Shown in pieces: positions 1 to 12,337 of a stretch of 64,000 nt of DNA. Under the pieces are notes generated by a model. The model ran no database searches, was not told the origin of the DNA, and worked only from the letters and a program-made list of their open reading frames with translations. Each line of letters opens with the position of its first letter. Position 1 is the first letter of the stretch. The position numbers were made by a program, and so were the translations under genes. The stretch is from Octopus bimaculoides (Eukaryota): positions 4,938,297-5,002,296 of the forward strand of contig NC_068989.1 of assembly GCF_001194135.2 (NCBI RefSeq). The letters run 5' to 3'.

Positions 1-280
1 TTTTTACCTCTGGTCCATATTACTCTGGCCTCTATCTTTTGATCTATCTAACATGAGAGGCCTTACATGGAGTTTTCACTCTGCTAGTATAGCTCTCAAG
101 GTAACTGAAGCGCACACACTATCACAGCACAACAAGCACTGGTAACTTGTGGTGGTTTTGATGTGAAGCCAACATGATATCAACTTGGCTAGCATTGGCT
201 CTCAAAAACATTTATACAAAAACCAAAGAGAAATCCTTCTTTTCCTTGTTGCTCACCTTTATTTTCTCTTTATTCTGCAG

Positions 281-395
281 TGTCCTGCTGACAACAGCCT
301 CCGAGATGGTGAACCATGTGCTAATAACACTGGCTATTGCTACAAAGGAAAATGTCCAACAAAGGAGAAACAGTGTCAAGCAATATGGGGACAAA
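281..395 (+). CDS. ADAM-family protein exon: end of disintegrin / start of cysteine-rich domain ([38 protein letters not shown])
   Basis: ttattctgcAG acceptor, GTAAGT donor at 396; 115 nt; ADAM Cys pattern CP.D...DG.PC....YCY.G.C....QC..IWG; upstream exons lie outside the window. Confidence 0.93.
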
Positions 396-1065
396 GTAAG
401 TAATTTACCAACATTCCTGTAGAACTTTATTTTCTACTCTTTGTTTATCTTGATAGTTTTGATATGTTGTATTAAAGCAGTGTCACTGTTTACATTTGCC
501 ACTAAATCATATCCAACTGTGGAACGGTTTATCTTGCATAGGACCAGGAGAATAAGTAGCCCACAGTATTCATACAGGCTGAGATCAGCACCACTTCTTA
601 TTCCACAGCTTCTTTCCATTTGGATTTCCTGGCACTTCTTTACCTGAATGTCATCATCCATATGTAGGTATGCGTTGACATGCACGCACACACACAAACA
701 AACAAACATATTCATTGAATTGCATTCAAGAAATGCAAGGAAAGTGCACAATACATGTTGATCTCACCTGAATATCACAGTGGCCTCTAACTCAAGTCAT
801 GAGTTAAACACTGTTTCAATAACTATCTTTGATTTCAATAACTGTTTGATTTTTTTTCACTGTACAAATTCCATCATCCCACCACCAGTTTGCCATCACC
901 CCTTCCTTTCTTATTCATATGTTGTGATGGAGAAAAACACAAGAGTATTGATTATAGTAGATATTTTCTTCAAATAATAAAAATTCATATTCTCATTAAT
1001 CATTTGACATGTGTATAACCAAATTTACAACAGATGAAGAAATTCCATTCTGTTCAATGTTTCAG

Positions 1066-1177
1066 ATGCTACTGGGGGTGATTATCGATGTTTTGACCAG
1101 TTCAATCCAACCGGCAACTTTAATGGACACTGTGGCAGAGACAGTCTCACAGGACGTTTTGCTAAGTGTGAACCAGA
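1066..1177 (+). CDS. ADAM exon, cysteine-rich domain (ATGGDYRCFDQFNPTGNFNGHCGRDSLTGRFAKCEP)
   Basis: tttcAG acceptor, GTGAG donor; 112 nt; phases 1/2 fit neighbours; N..G...GHCG motif; translated by hand (not in the ORF track). Confidence 0.92.
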
Positions 1178-1393
1178 GTGAGCATTCATTTTTTTTTTAA
1201 TCTATTTTCCAATTTTTTTTTCTTCAACTTTTTTAAAGTTGATATTTGGTACACACGTGTGTGTGTGTATGTTGCGAGGAAGGCAGGGTACTTTTTAGCC
1301 CCAATAATAGCAAAGGATAATTCAGTTGAAAAATATCAACATGTTGTTAGTTTTCTTGTAGTGTGTGTCTAATGTTTGTACACTCTTCTGCAG

Positions 1394-1510
1394 GAATGTC
1401 CAATGTGGTTTGCTGCATTGTGCCGGAGGTTATCAACGCCCTGTACATAAACCAAAGAAAGCTTTCGCCCAGACAACTGTCGTCTCAGATAATATGCAGT
1501 TTGAATGCAA
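1394..1510 (+). CDS. ADAM exon, cysteine-rich domain (NVQCGLLHCAGGYQRPVHKPKKAFAQTTVVSDNMQFEC)
   Basis: cttctgcAG acceptor, GTAAGT donor; 117 nt; NV.CG.L.C motif; phase-consistent. Confidence 0.92.
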
Positions 1511-1764
1511 GTAAGTAACATCAATACATTAATATATACATAACATCATTAGTCTATCATCTACGTCAGTTTTCTTATTTAACCCTTTGACCGTGTGTAT
1601 TCACATATCCAGTTGACTCTATCTATTTACTTATTTAACTTTCTATCTTCCTGTTTATATATTGATTTATCTTGGTATATATCCAACCATCCAGTGATAC
1701 AATGAGTTTATATTTCACTGCATATTTAAGAGTGTGTATATTGTGTGTTTATGTAGAAGTGTGT

Positions 1765-2092
1765 GAAGACGTGTGGCTTAGTGGTTAGGATATTTGGCTT
1801 GCGATCGTAGGGTTGCAAGTTCAGTTCCTGGTGGCATGTTGTGTCCTTGAGCAAGGCACTTTATTTCACGTTACTCCAGTCCACTCAGCTGCCAAAAATG
1901 AGTTGTACCTGTATTTCAAAGGGGCCAACCTTGTCACACTCTGTGTCGTGCTGAATCTCTCTGAGAAGTATGTGAGGGGGTACATGTGTGTGTGTGGAGT
2001 GCTCAGCCACTTGCACATTAATCTCATGAGTAAGCTGTTCCATTGATCGGATCAACCGGAACCCTCGTCGTTGCAAGCAACAGAGTGCCAAT
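1765..2092 (+). mobile_element. tRNA-headed SINE (gtggcttagtggttagg...gagcaaggcactttatttcac)
   Basis: A/B-box-like head. Related heads or bodies at 15690-15810(-), 24437-24745(-), 33292-33466(+), 38547-38800(+), 40340-40435(-), 46195-46265(+), 53070-53180(+), 59570-59895(-). Confidence 0.75.
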
Positions 2093-2636
2093 ATTAGTTA
2101 AAAATTTCCTGTATCTATGTGCCCTGGAAACTTTCCTCTGCCTGTACTATGGATGCTGAGCACCTTTGATTGTTCTTTTCTACTCTAGGCACAAGGCCCT
2201 CAATTTTAGGGGAAGGGGCCAGTCGATTAGATCAACCCCAGTACACAACTGGTACTTAATTCATTGACTCCGAAAGGATAAAAGGCAAAGTCGACCTTGG
2301 TAGAATTTGAACTCAGAATGTAAAGACATAAGAAATACCACTAAGCATTTCACCCGGAGTGAGTGAGTGAGTGAAATATCTCCCATAACTCATGTAGTTC
2401 CATCCTCTAAGTAGTGTATCAATGCTAGAGACAATGTTCTCTTCTCTCATTCTTTCAATTTTGAATTTCATTAATAAGTTTTTCGTTTGTTTTGTTTTTA
2501 TTGAAATTTTTTTTATTTTTGAGGGTGGGGTATTCTTTTCTTTATTTTCAAACTTTCTTTATTTTCCATCTTCAGGATTTCATATTTTCTCTATGACTCT
2601 GACACTGACTCAGATGGGTAAATAATTTTCTGTGGC

Positions 2637-2685
<49 letters not shown>

Positions 2686-5039
2686 CCACAATTTTTGTTT
2701 CCATTTTCTTTATTTTCTAGTTGCTGCCGTTTCACTCTAGTTGTCTCCCTTGTACAGAAAGGGGCCACCCAACCCTCAGTTCTTTTTTTTCACTTATCTC
2801 CACTTCCCCATGCAATGCTTTCACAGTGGTGGATCGCCTAAACATCATCACCTAATCCTGAGCTGTTCATCACAATGAGTGAGTGAGTGAGTGAGTGTCT
2901 GTGTTTGCAAGAGATTGTAGCACTGCACTGATTCCGCCTGGCTGGCCACATTCTCTCTCTCAAGCCAATCTACAGTGCCTGAAAACAGTCACGAATCAGA
3001 CAGCATCTGTCTGTAGGTATAAAAGATCACTTGGCAGCAGACATTTCAAGGTGATCTGACAGTCAACAGTCAACATTACATGGAATGAATTTGCAAGATC
3101 AGCGGCCAACCAGGTTTCTCTGTAGCTTTCGCTACAAAACTGAACCCTATTTTTCACTCCACTTTCATCCCTTCTTTTTACCTTCATGCTTTGCATTTCA
3201 CAGATGACGACAGGTCCCACCTTTAGCTATTCACCTGTGCAAGAAGAGTAAATTCTGTGCTGCCCTGTCTTGTCAGTTTTGATTTTCGCTTCAGCCAGGA
3301 GAATTATCAATTTCACACCACTCTGCACTAAATTCACATCTCTCCTTCTCACTGTCGTATTAGCTAAACATGTCTAAGAAGAGTTAGTTGACACCTCTGT
3401 GGTGATAATACCATGTTATATATAAAAACAGTTTAGCATTAAACTCAAGAATTACTTATAATCAATTATGTTCCAACTGTAACAATCCCATCTTATAAAC
3501 TTTGGACTACATTATCGAATTTACTCTTTTTTTTTTTTTTAAAGATAGTAATAGGTTAAAATTTGAGGGTGATTTGGTTACTATTTCTAGCAGGTTGACT
3601 AATCTCCTTTTCCATGGATTGTGACATTTTTATTTCACTAAAACTGAAATGGCACACTATATAAATTTCTCTTTTTAAAAATGAAATGGAACATATTTGG
3701 GCTCTCATGTGACGTAAACATACACAGACAATACGGGCAATTAGGGTTTAATTTTAATCTGCAAATGTGAAAGGTGAGAAGTAAAATACTCCAACCATAG
3801 ACAATTTCATGATACAGCTGTGTAATTTTGAAACTTTAAATACCAAAATTACTCAGAGCCAGAAACAGCTCTGCAACAAGTATCAAGATGAAGTTATTTA
3901 ACCTACACACAGACTATAGTTTTCTTTAAATATGCTTGTATATCTATGTGCATACATAGGGTGTGTATGCGCCATAGACACATGGTCAAGTGGTTAAGAA
4001 ATTTGTTTCCCAGTCAGGCAGTTCCAGGTTTGATCCAACTCAAGGATATTTTGGTCAAGTTTCAGTTATCATAACCTCTGGTTGACCCAAGACTGTCCTA
4101 AATTTCGTGTCTGTTATGGATTAGGGCCATATGGGTTAGAATCTCAACACTGCATTAGTCGTTGTGTTGAGCAAACAACTTGGACCATTGTTTGCAAGAT
4201 CCATTGATATGCAAATATCTGTGTGCTTCTTTAAAGCAAAATATATGTTGTCTGTCAACAGATGTTACTACTCGTACTGTATGGAAGACTGGTTCGTAAT
4301 ACAAAAGGAACATAAAATTGCAGTAAATATAAACTGCATTTCAACACTTTGAAACAACTATCATTTAACTCAATCACAACTGAAAAATAGGGAAAATAGC
4401 TAGTCATACATTTGACATGGAGACACATCTTTCTCGTTTCTGTTACATAATCATAAAAAGTAAAACGTTAATGTCTGAAAAATAAAAGATAAATTTTTTT
4501 TCTATATGCATGTGATTAGCATTTATTTGAATGTATTTTGTTCACTCTTAACTATTGAAACGACCAATAAATAAAAGAAATTGGTTTGCTTTGTATATAT
4601 GTGTGTGTGTATATTGTTCTATAACAATGTCTTTGTATAACTGATATACATTTTCGTATAAACCATAGTTCACTTAGTGTTGAACTGAGTTAAGCTTTCT
4701 ATTTCATATCCAAAACCACAGATTATTTTCAAACTTTTGTAAAACAAGAAATATTTTGCTTAATCAGTGAGAAGGAGTCTGGACGTCCTGACTGCAGCAG
4801 ACCAGAACAGGCCATAAGCAATCAAACAAGAAATATTATTAAAAATAGTGACACCTAATTCTTTGGTGGTTTGGAATGGAGAGGAATGACAGTAGAGATG
4901 CAAAAAGGAAATTGAAGAACTGTAAAGGACTAAAGACCATGTTTCAAATATACAACAGAAAGTTATTCTCTCAAGTTTTTTCCCCAAATATTTAGTATTG
5001 TTATTGAAAGTTTGCTCTCATTTCTTCCTTTTATTTCAG

Positions 5040-5211
5040 GATAATGCATGGGCCTACTAGTTTGGACCTTCCAAATAGGGGTCTTGTTCAAGATGGTGCA
5101 AAATGTGGGGAAGGCCGTATCTGTCTGAATAAACTATGCACTTCTTTCTCAGAACTCAAGAGTGTCCCTTGCCCTGGGGAAGACATAGGTCAACCTTGTT
5201 CAGGAAATGGG
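5040..5211 (+). CDS. ADAM exon, end of cysteine-rich / start of EGF-like domain (IMHGPTSLDLPNRGLVQDGAKCGEGRICLNKLC...CSGNG)
   Basis: ttatttcAG acceptor, GTAAGT donor; 172 nt; GLV.DG.KCG...IC.N..C motif. Confidence 0.94.
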
Positions 5212-5739
5212 GTAAGTCATGGAAATTCTTTTTAATTCAATGTGTGTGTGCACGTGCACATATTTTTAGAGTTGATTTAATCAACTATATCCCTTCCAAA
5301 AACATGTAGCAGGTTTTCTTGAGTTGAAAAACTAATGGGTAGTTCTATCTTAAGGGCTAGTTTAAGGGCTCAATACTCATCTGTGTATGCTGTCAATAAA
5401 TAAATTCTACAGGTCCCAATGCATTTCTTCATAATAAACTTCTGATATTATAATCAATGGAATTTAGTTCATTAACTGATCGATAAGTTAAAGCTGATAC
5501 TACAAAAGTATTGATGGTACAGGTATTGTTGTTGCTGCTGATGAGGAAACGTTTTAATATTTTTATTATGACTCTGTTAAGGTATTTTTTCTCATTCTTG
5601 ATGGGACACCTTTTACACATAAACTGTTTTTTTCTTATCTATGCCTAAGTATTTGTAGAGTGTAGAACTGTCCAGCTCCTATATTACCTCCACTTAGTGG
5701 AATTCCAAATCATTTAGTCTGCATCATTTTATTGTCAGA

Positions 5740-6160
5740 CTCTTAAATTTCTTAAAATGTCTTTGCCAAACTGCAAGAAAATATCAAGGTATCATCTATG
5801 AAGCCAAGGACCATTTGTCATAAACAAGTTTAGGTCATCCATAAAGAGAAGATGGTGGGTGAACCTGGTCCTCTTTCTTCCTTTAGGTTTTCAAATTGGC
5901 TTTTTCATGGGCCAACTTAAGGGTAACAAACATAGGATTAAAGACCAGAAATATTGTTCCCTTGGAATATCTTGAATATTCTTGTGAGGTTGGATCTAAC
6001 AGTCATGGTGTTCTTGGTTTCTGTAAAAACTGTCTGCAACTGCTTCACTGCTTTTATAAAGTTTACCATATCATCATCATCAAATTGAAGCACTTCCAAT
6101 ATTTTGCTCAGTCAGTTATGAGTTGTTTTCAATCCAAGTCTATGACAATCTTCCTTTTTT
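5740..6160 (-). mobile_element. Degenerate non-LTR reverse transcriptase fragment (RLE clade, R4/Dong-like)
   Basis: Minus-strand translation gives IFQG (5959-5970) and HLLFMDDLNLF (~5825-5860); stops and frameshifts. Confidence 0.6.
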
Positions 6161-6387
6161 TTCTCTTCACATCATCCAGTACCCATATTGTTACACACTG
6201 TAAAGTGGGTGGCACTAAGAAGGGCATCCAACCTTAAAAGTTATGTCAAAGCAGGCACTGGAGCATAATGCAATCCTTGGGCCCCTCAGATCTTGTCAAA
6301 CTGTCCAGCCTATGCCAGCATGGAATATGGACATTAAATGACAGTGATGATGATGACTTATTTTTCTTTTTTTTTTTATTATTCCAG

Positions 6388-6586
6388 GTATGCACCACAT
6401 TCTCAACTTGTTTCTGTGATGCTGGTTGGGGAGGGGAACTATGTGATGAGGTGGTCAACAAAACCACTTTCTTGCAAATCAGTGCAACAACTGTGTCCCA
6501 AAATTCCTCTTTTCAATCAAATCTACCCACTACACCTGCTTCAGCTATGTCTACAGTAACAGGACCACTCCAAGCTGTAATTAAAG
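6388..6586 (+). CDS. ADAM exon, EGF-like domain and Ser/Thr-rich stalk (VCTTFSTCFCDAGWGGELCDEVVNKTT...)
   Basis: poly-T tract + ccAG acceptor, GTAAG donor; 199 nt; C.C..GW.G..C EGF motif. Confidence 0.93.
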
Positions 6587-7822
6587 GTAAGTAGACAGGT
6601 CTCTAGTATTAACATCTTGGTCCCAGCTGGTATTTATCCTGCAGGTCTATTGTGATCAAATAGATCTATTATCAAAAGTAATCCAGATATGACCATCATG
6701 TCTTTTTGGGAGTATGTAAGACTTCATTATTTAATATATTTCTTTCAAGACAGTACTGTGTCATTTGTGGGAGATGTGGTTGTTATTTCTGGTGACCACA
6801 TGGAGACTTCTGATCTCAACAGTATGTTGTTTAGCTACAAGTTAACCCTGATTAGGTAGAATTATGATGGAAGATATTACAACTGTAACCATCCTGCCTT
6901 TTTAGCAGTATGTAGACTGTAATATCTAAAGTGTGCCATCTTTTTTTTAAGGTGGTAGGATGTTATTTAAAAGATATGTGACTGCTATTTCTAACAGCCC
7001 AAGGAGGCTTCTTTGTTGGCCTGAAAGCAGTTTGTAAACTGTTGGCAGGTAAAATAGATTTGTAGTCATTGTTGGGGATTATTTATGTTATGGCCATGAT
7101 TGTGTTGTAAGTCAATCTAAATTAATTAGCAACGGTACTAATGATAATAATAATAAACAACCCTTATTCAGGGACCTTTTGAATGGGATGGGCTACTCGA
7201 CCTGAAGAAAATTCTAACTGGGCCCCCACCTGCAAGGTCATGTGCTGGTTATCTGTGCCTGGTGTACCCTTATCAGACGGGTAGTCATGATGGATATACT
7301 AGGTTTCGTATATTTTACCCCAGTGTCACTTTGATGGCATGCACTGCTCTCTCACTCAATAATAATAATAAAGGTTTCGAATTTTGGCATGTGGGCAGCA
7401 ACTTTAAGGGAGGAGGGGGTAATTCAATTACATTGCCCAACTCCCACCCCCAAGTGCTCAACAGGTACTTATTTCATTGACTTTGAAAGGAAGGAATTCG
7501 AGGTTAGCCTCAGTGGAATTTGAACTCGGAACAAAAACAGGGAGGAAAAGCAGCTAAGCACTTTGTTTGGCACGCTAATGATTCTACCAGCTCCTCCTCT
7601 TTGTGTGTGTGTGTGTGTATTTATGCACATACAGACACACACACTTGAATCCTCTTGGGTTGCTGTACATAAAGTTTCTCTTGCATGGATGATAGAATAA
7701 ATTTACAGCTAAACGCAATGAAGTGCTCTTCTGAGTCCCTACTTTTGTAGTTTTGAAAATTAATGCCTGATGCTAGATCTATTCATATTTATATATTCCT
7801 AACTTTCACTTTTCCTTTTTAG

Positions 7823-7922
7823 CCGAATCAGCGGAATTTAACACAGTCTGGCTGATCATCATCCTGATCTCCGTGGTTGGAGGGCTTGTTTTTCTCATGG
7901 CCATCACTATGTTCTGTTATCG
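7823..7922 (+). CDS. ADAM exon, transmembrane helix (ESAEFNTVWLIIILISVVGGLVFLMAITMFCY)
   Basis: tttttAG acceptor, GTAAT donor; 100 nt; ~23 hydrophobic residues; phase 1 in, phase 2 out. Confidence 0.92.
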
Positions 7923-8524
7923 GTAATTATTGATCTGTTGATTCATCTCTCAATCTGCATCATTTTTCTTTGTTGTTTCCTTCAGCCATTTCATGTCATG
8001 GGACTAACTAGATTCTGATTTTCATTGTCACTTATATATTTATACACACCTACACCCATTTCCATGTGTAGACACCCTCCCATACATGCACACCCCATCC
8101 TTTCTTCCTAAGTCTTTCCCATTGAACTTCACTCCCACCTGGCCCCTAAATCCTTTTATTTTTTTTCCTTTTCTTTCTCACCACCTTTCCTCTTTATTTT
8201 CCTTATTTGTGATGAAGGACTAGTGTCTGAAATGCTAGGGATTTTTTCCTTGTCCCCCTGCCCCCCACTATCACTTGACAACCGATGCAGGTGTGTTTAT
8301 GTCCTCATAACTTAGCGGTTCAGCCAAAGAGACAGATAGAATAAGTACTAGGCTTACAAAGAATAAGTCCTGGGGGGCGATTTGCTCGACAAAAGACGGT
8401 GCTCCTGCATGGCCACAGTCAAATGATTGAAACAAATAAAGAGTAAGAATACCTTTGTTAAAACCTGCCCCTCTCATCTTGTCTTTTGCTCTTTATCACA
8501 TATATAAATTTTTTGCTTGTTTAG

Positions 8525-8556
8525 ACGAAGAAGTCCTCAAAAGTTGCCAACTACCG
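8525..8556 (+). CDS. Candidate alternative 32-nt ADAM micro-exon (juxtamembrane RRRSPQKLPTT)
   Basis: ttttttgcttgtttAG acceptor and G|GTAAGA donor; in phase with the TM exon and gives a basic post-TM cluster; length not a multiple of 3. Confidence 0.55.
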
Positions 8557-10584
8557 GTAAGATGGGGTTCCTGGCCAATCACAGTGGGAAAAAATCCAAC
8601 CTTTCAGGACCAAGTGTTGGTCCGAAACAGTCAAGAATTATCAGTTTTGGGTCTCTGCCATCTTACAGGTAATTATATTCAATTATTTGAAATATGTTTA
8701 ATCTTCTGCAGATCCAACATTGGAATCTTATCAGCTGTTGTCGTCTAATCCCAAATCCTCTCTAATCACACAAACCAATGATCAAATACATTCCTGCCAT
8801 GGTCATCCCATCCACTCTAAACTCAGGACCACATTATCTTGTGTGTTCCATTCTAGTAAGATAGGGAGAGGTGGAATGACTGCAAAAAGGGTTGTTTTTT
8901 TTTTCATTAGTCTACCAGTTTTAAAATTGTCAGTCTCATACGTACACAACAAAATGTCTGTAACAGGTTTAAACTGACAATCTAAGAACACATAGACCTG
9001 CCTAATGCTTTATCTGCTCAGGATTGAACTGGCATGAAATGGCAATCTATAAGCTGCCTAGTCTTGGTTTGAACTGTTGATCTATGATCCAGTACTCCTG
9101 GCTTGAACTAATGTTCAGCTCCCCCATATGACCCTTGGATGGCATTTGCTGACAGTTCACACTGTTGCAAGCATTCTAACGATAACCTTCTCCCTTCGTC
9201 TTACCAGTCTCAAAGACCCTGCAAATGTTCATAAACACTCTACATTATTCTCTAAGCCATAAAACATAATTCAATAGGTGCAGGCATGGCTATGTGGTTA
9301 AGAAGCTTGGTTGGCAACCACATACTTGTGAGTTCAATCTCAGCACTTTGGGAAAGCGTCTTCAATTATAACTTCAGGCTTTGTGAGTAGATTTGTGAGA
9401 CAAAAAAGGGAGCAAGCTTGTCATACACACACTCATTTATGTATGTTTGCTTATCTTAATATAACATGCTAATAGCAAATAAATGTCACAACTTGGAATC
9501 AGGGGAATGTTGAAGACAGGAAGCTGTAGAAAATCTGCCTCAACAAACTCCATCTGACCCAAGCAAGCATGGGAAAGCAAATGTTAAAATGAAGATGATG
9601 AGATCTCTCTATTTATATATAACAGTCAGTATTTGTAGAGCTGCCAATTATTAGTCACCAGTAAGACTAATGAATATGGTGAATAATGAATAAATAATGA
9701 CCCTTGAGATATTTCTTCACAGAACTGGCTTCAGTATCTACTGTACAGTTGACCTTTTCGTTATTTATTATTTATTTATTTACTTTTCACATTTGACTAA
9801 CAAGTTGTTAGAAATATGAAGAATTAATAAAGTAACTGTTTTTTTTTTTTATATAAAGAATTTGTTCGGGTGTCTTTGTTGATTGAGAGACTGATGGAAT
9901 ATGAATTGCTGGAACACTAGAAGAGGAATTTTTAAAACAGAAAAAGAATTAAGGCAAGACATCATTGCCATAGTTGTGGTGGTGGTGGTGGTGGTGGTGT
10001 GATCCAGTTGAACTATGATACAAAAAGTATTACCAGCTGTGTATGACCATGCCATCCTTTTTCAGTAATGTTGTATCTAGGACTACACTAACCAATGTGT
10101 CCTTCATTTTTTTCAAGGAAATAGAATGATATTAGAGGGAGATTTGGCTGCTATTTTTAGCAGGCCAGGTAGAAAATATGAAATAATGCATTTATAAATA
10201 ACTGTTCTTTATCTCATCATCAGCTGGAATAAATTTTTTCACCTTGTGCCAACAAGGAGGCTTCTGTGTTGTTGTTTGACCAGCTAGAAATAACAGCCAA
10301 ATCACCCCCAAATTGCATCCAACCATCTTAAATGAATAAGGATACGTTTGATAATATAGTTCCTGTAATACAAAAAGACAAACTGGTCATGGCTGAAATG
10401 CTTTTGATAGTAGGAGGCTATTGTATCAGATGTCCCCTAGAGCTAAAACAACAATTCTCTTCACCTTTCCAATATCTGCTTGTTTTTTTTTATGGTTTTG
10501 GAGTTATTTCTTAACTTTCTTACTCAGACTCTTCATTACTGCTCACAATGATAATTCATGACTGTTATTTCTATTTTCTGTCAG

Positions 10585-11335
10585 GGCTGAGAAACTCTTT
10601 GGTAAGAAAAAGAAGAAACGCACATCCAGTGAAGAGGAAAGTGACATCGGTGAGTTACCCCCGCCACCGATCATTATCATGTCCCCTGAGAGTGCTAAGC
10701 CACCTGAGAGGGGCATTCTAAAGCACTCCCGTCGCCTAGACAGCCGGCACCCACCTACAGACTACAGCACCTACGTCCGTACAACTGGTTACACTTGCGG
10801 AGAAGATGACGCCGATGATGTGGAAGGGCGGGAGGTGCAGGAGATCTTGGGTGAAGACGAGGAATCCCAAGTTGCTGCCCAGCATCATCACCACCACCAC
10901 CACCACCACAACAGCAAAGAGGCGGTTGGTTCCGACCCTTCCAGTCGCCTGCTCGACCTTGCCAGCTTCCGTTTGAACCTTCCCCCACCGCCGAGCGAGC
11001 CGCCTGATAACAGTCCCCTCTCACCATTCTCACACTGGCAGGTCCATGACCCTTACCGCTACAAGACCAGTAGCTTAAACAGCCGTGGTTCACCTCGTTC
11101 AAAGATCATACGCATAAAAAATATTGATGAACTGATGCGTGAAATTGACCGCCAAACCATTGATTTGTCCCCGTCTCCTGAGACTCCTCACCTACCGCTC
11201 ATCTCGCCGGTCAACTCCATCATCAGTAGCGAGAATAGTTCTGGTAGTCATTGCCAAAACCATGACATGTCATGTTTGTTGAACAATCTGAAACTAAAGG
11301 ACATGTCAAAGGGTTTCACAGAGCAGTCCATCCAG
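10585..11335 (+). CDS. ADAM cytoplasmic-tail exon (AEKLFGKKKKKRTSSEEESDIGELPPPP...ERGILKH...poly-His...EQSIQ)
   Basis: ttttctgtcAG acceptor; joins the TM exon in frame (CG|G=Arg); 751 nt open; CAG|GTAAA donor; overlaps ORF 10679..11392. Confidence 0.85.
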
Positions 11336-12337
11336 GTAAATATCCACATAAACCACACATTTATGCTTTATTTCTTTAGGACATTATTGTAGTTGATGTT
11401 TAGCCTAATCAATAAATCTTCCAGGCGTGACCACCCTCTCTTTTTAGGCCTACCTAAGATTATGTTCATTGTCTAATGGATGTTCCTTTTTCTTTTCTTT
11501 TTTTTTTTTTTTGTATGATAAGTCGAGTGATCAGAAAGAAGCTCTCTTCACTGAAGAGGATCACAGAGGTGATTGTCTAGGATATGCTTCTAATCTCTCT
11601 CGCTATATATATTTATATATCATGTCTCTGTTATATATACGGATACTGTAATGATGTCTGTTGATATTATTAAAGTGCGACACAAGAACTTAGTGGTGTA
11701 ACAATGTACGTTGCAGTGTATATTTCTTACATCCTTCTATGTTCTAAATTCAAATTCCATCAAATTCCACCCCCACTGCCATTCTGGTTTCATTCAATCA
11801 ACATCACTCCCTTCCCTTTACAATGTTTTTGTGTTAATGTAAGAAAACATTATTGAAACAAATTGGTAGTGGAAATGATTATCTGTTTTTTGTCTATGTA
11901 CATAGCTATTGATAACGCTAAGGCAGTTAGATATCTGCCTGTCGATCAATCCATCAATTTGATATGTCTACTGATCCGAATATTTCCCTGATTTGAATGT
12001 GTGTAGTTGTGTACATACACGAACACACATACACAAAGTATCGACCTCATCATCATTTAACCTCCATTTTCCATGCTGGCATGGGTTGGATGGTTTAACT
12101 TAGGTCCAGAAAGCCAGGAGGCCGCACCAGGCTCCAATCTGATCTGGCAATGTTTCTGAAGCTGGATGCCCTTCCTAACGCCAACTACTCCGAGAGTTTA
12201 GTGAGTACTTTTTATGTGCCACCGGCATGGGAATCAGTTAGGGGGTTGGTAGTATATACACTACTCTTATTACTTTCATCCCAATTTCTGTCTCCTTACA
12301 TATTTCTACACTAACTTTTTTCCCATTTTTGTTTCAG

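Noticed and set aside
1765-1850. tRNA genes at SINE heads
   Set aside because: Only A/B-box-like remnants fused to repeat bodies; no complete cloverleaf.
5538-5556. CTGATGAG-GAAACGTT as a hammerhead
   Set aside because: No stem II between the boxes and no stem I pairing; at most a deleted remnant.
8208-8240. gTGATGAAGGAC-tagt-GTCTGAAATGC as a hammerhead
   Set aside because: C3 lost and stem III/cleavage triplet decayed; likely an inactive PLE remnant.
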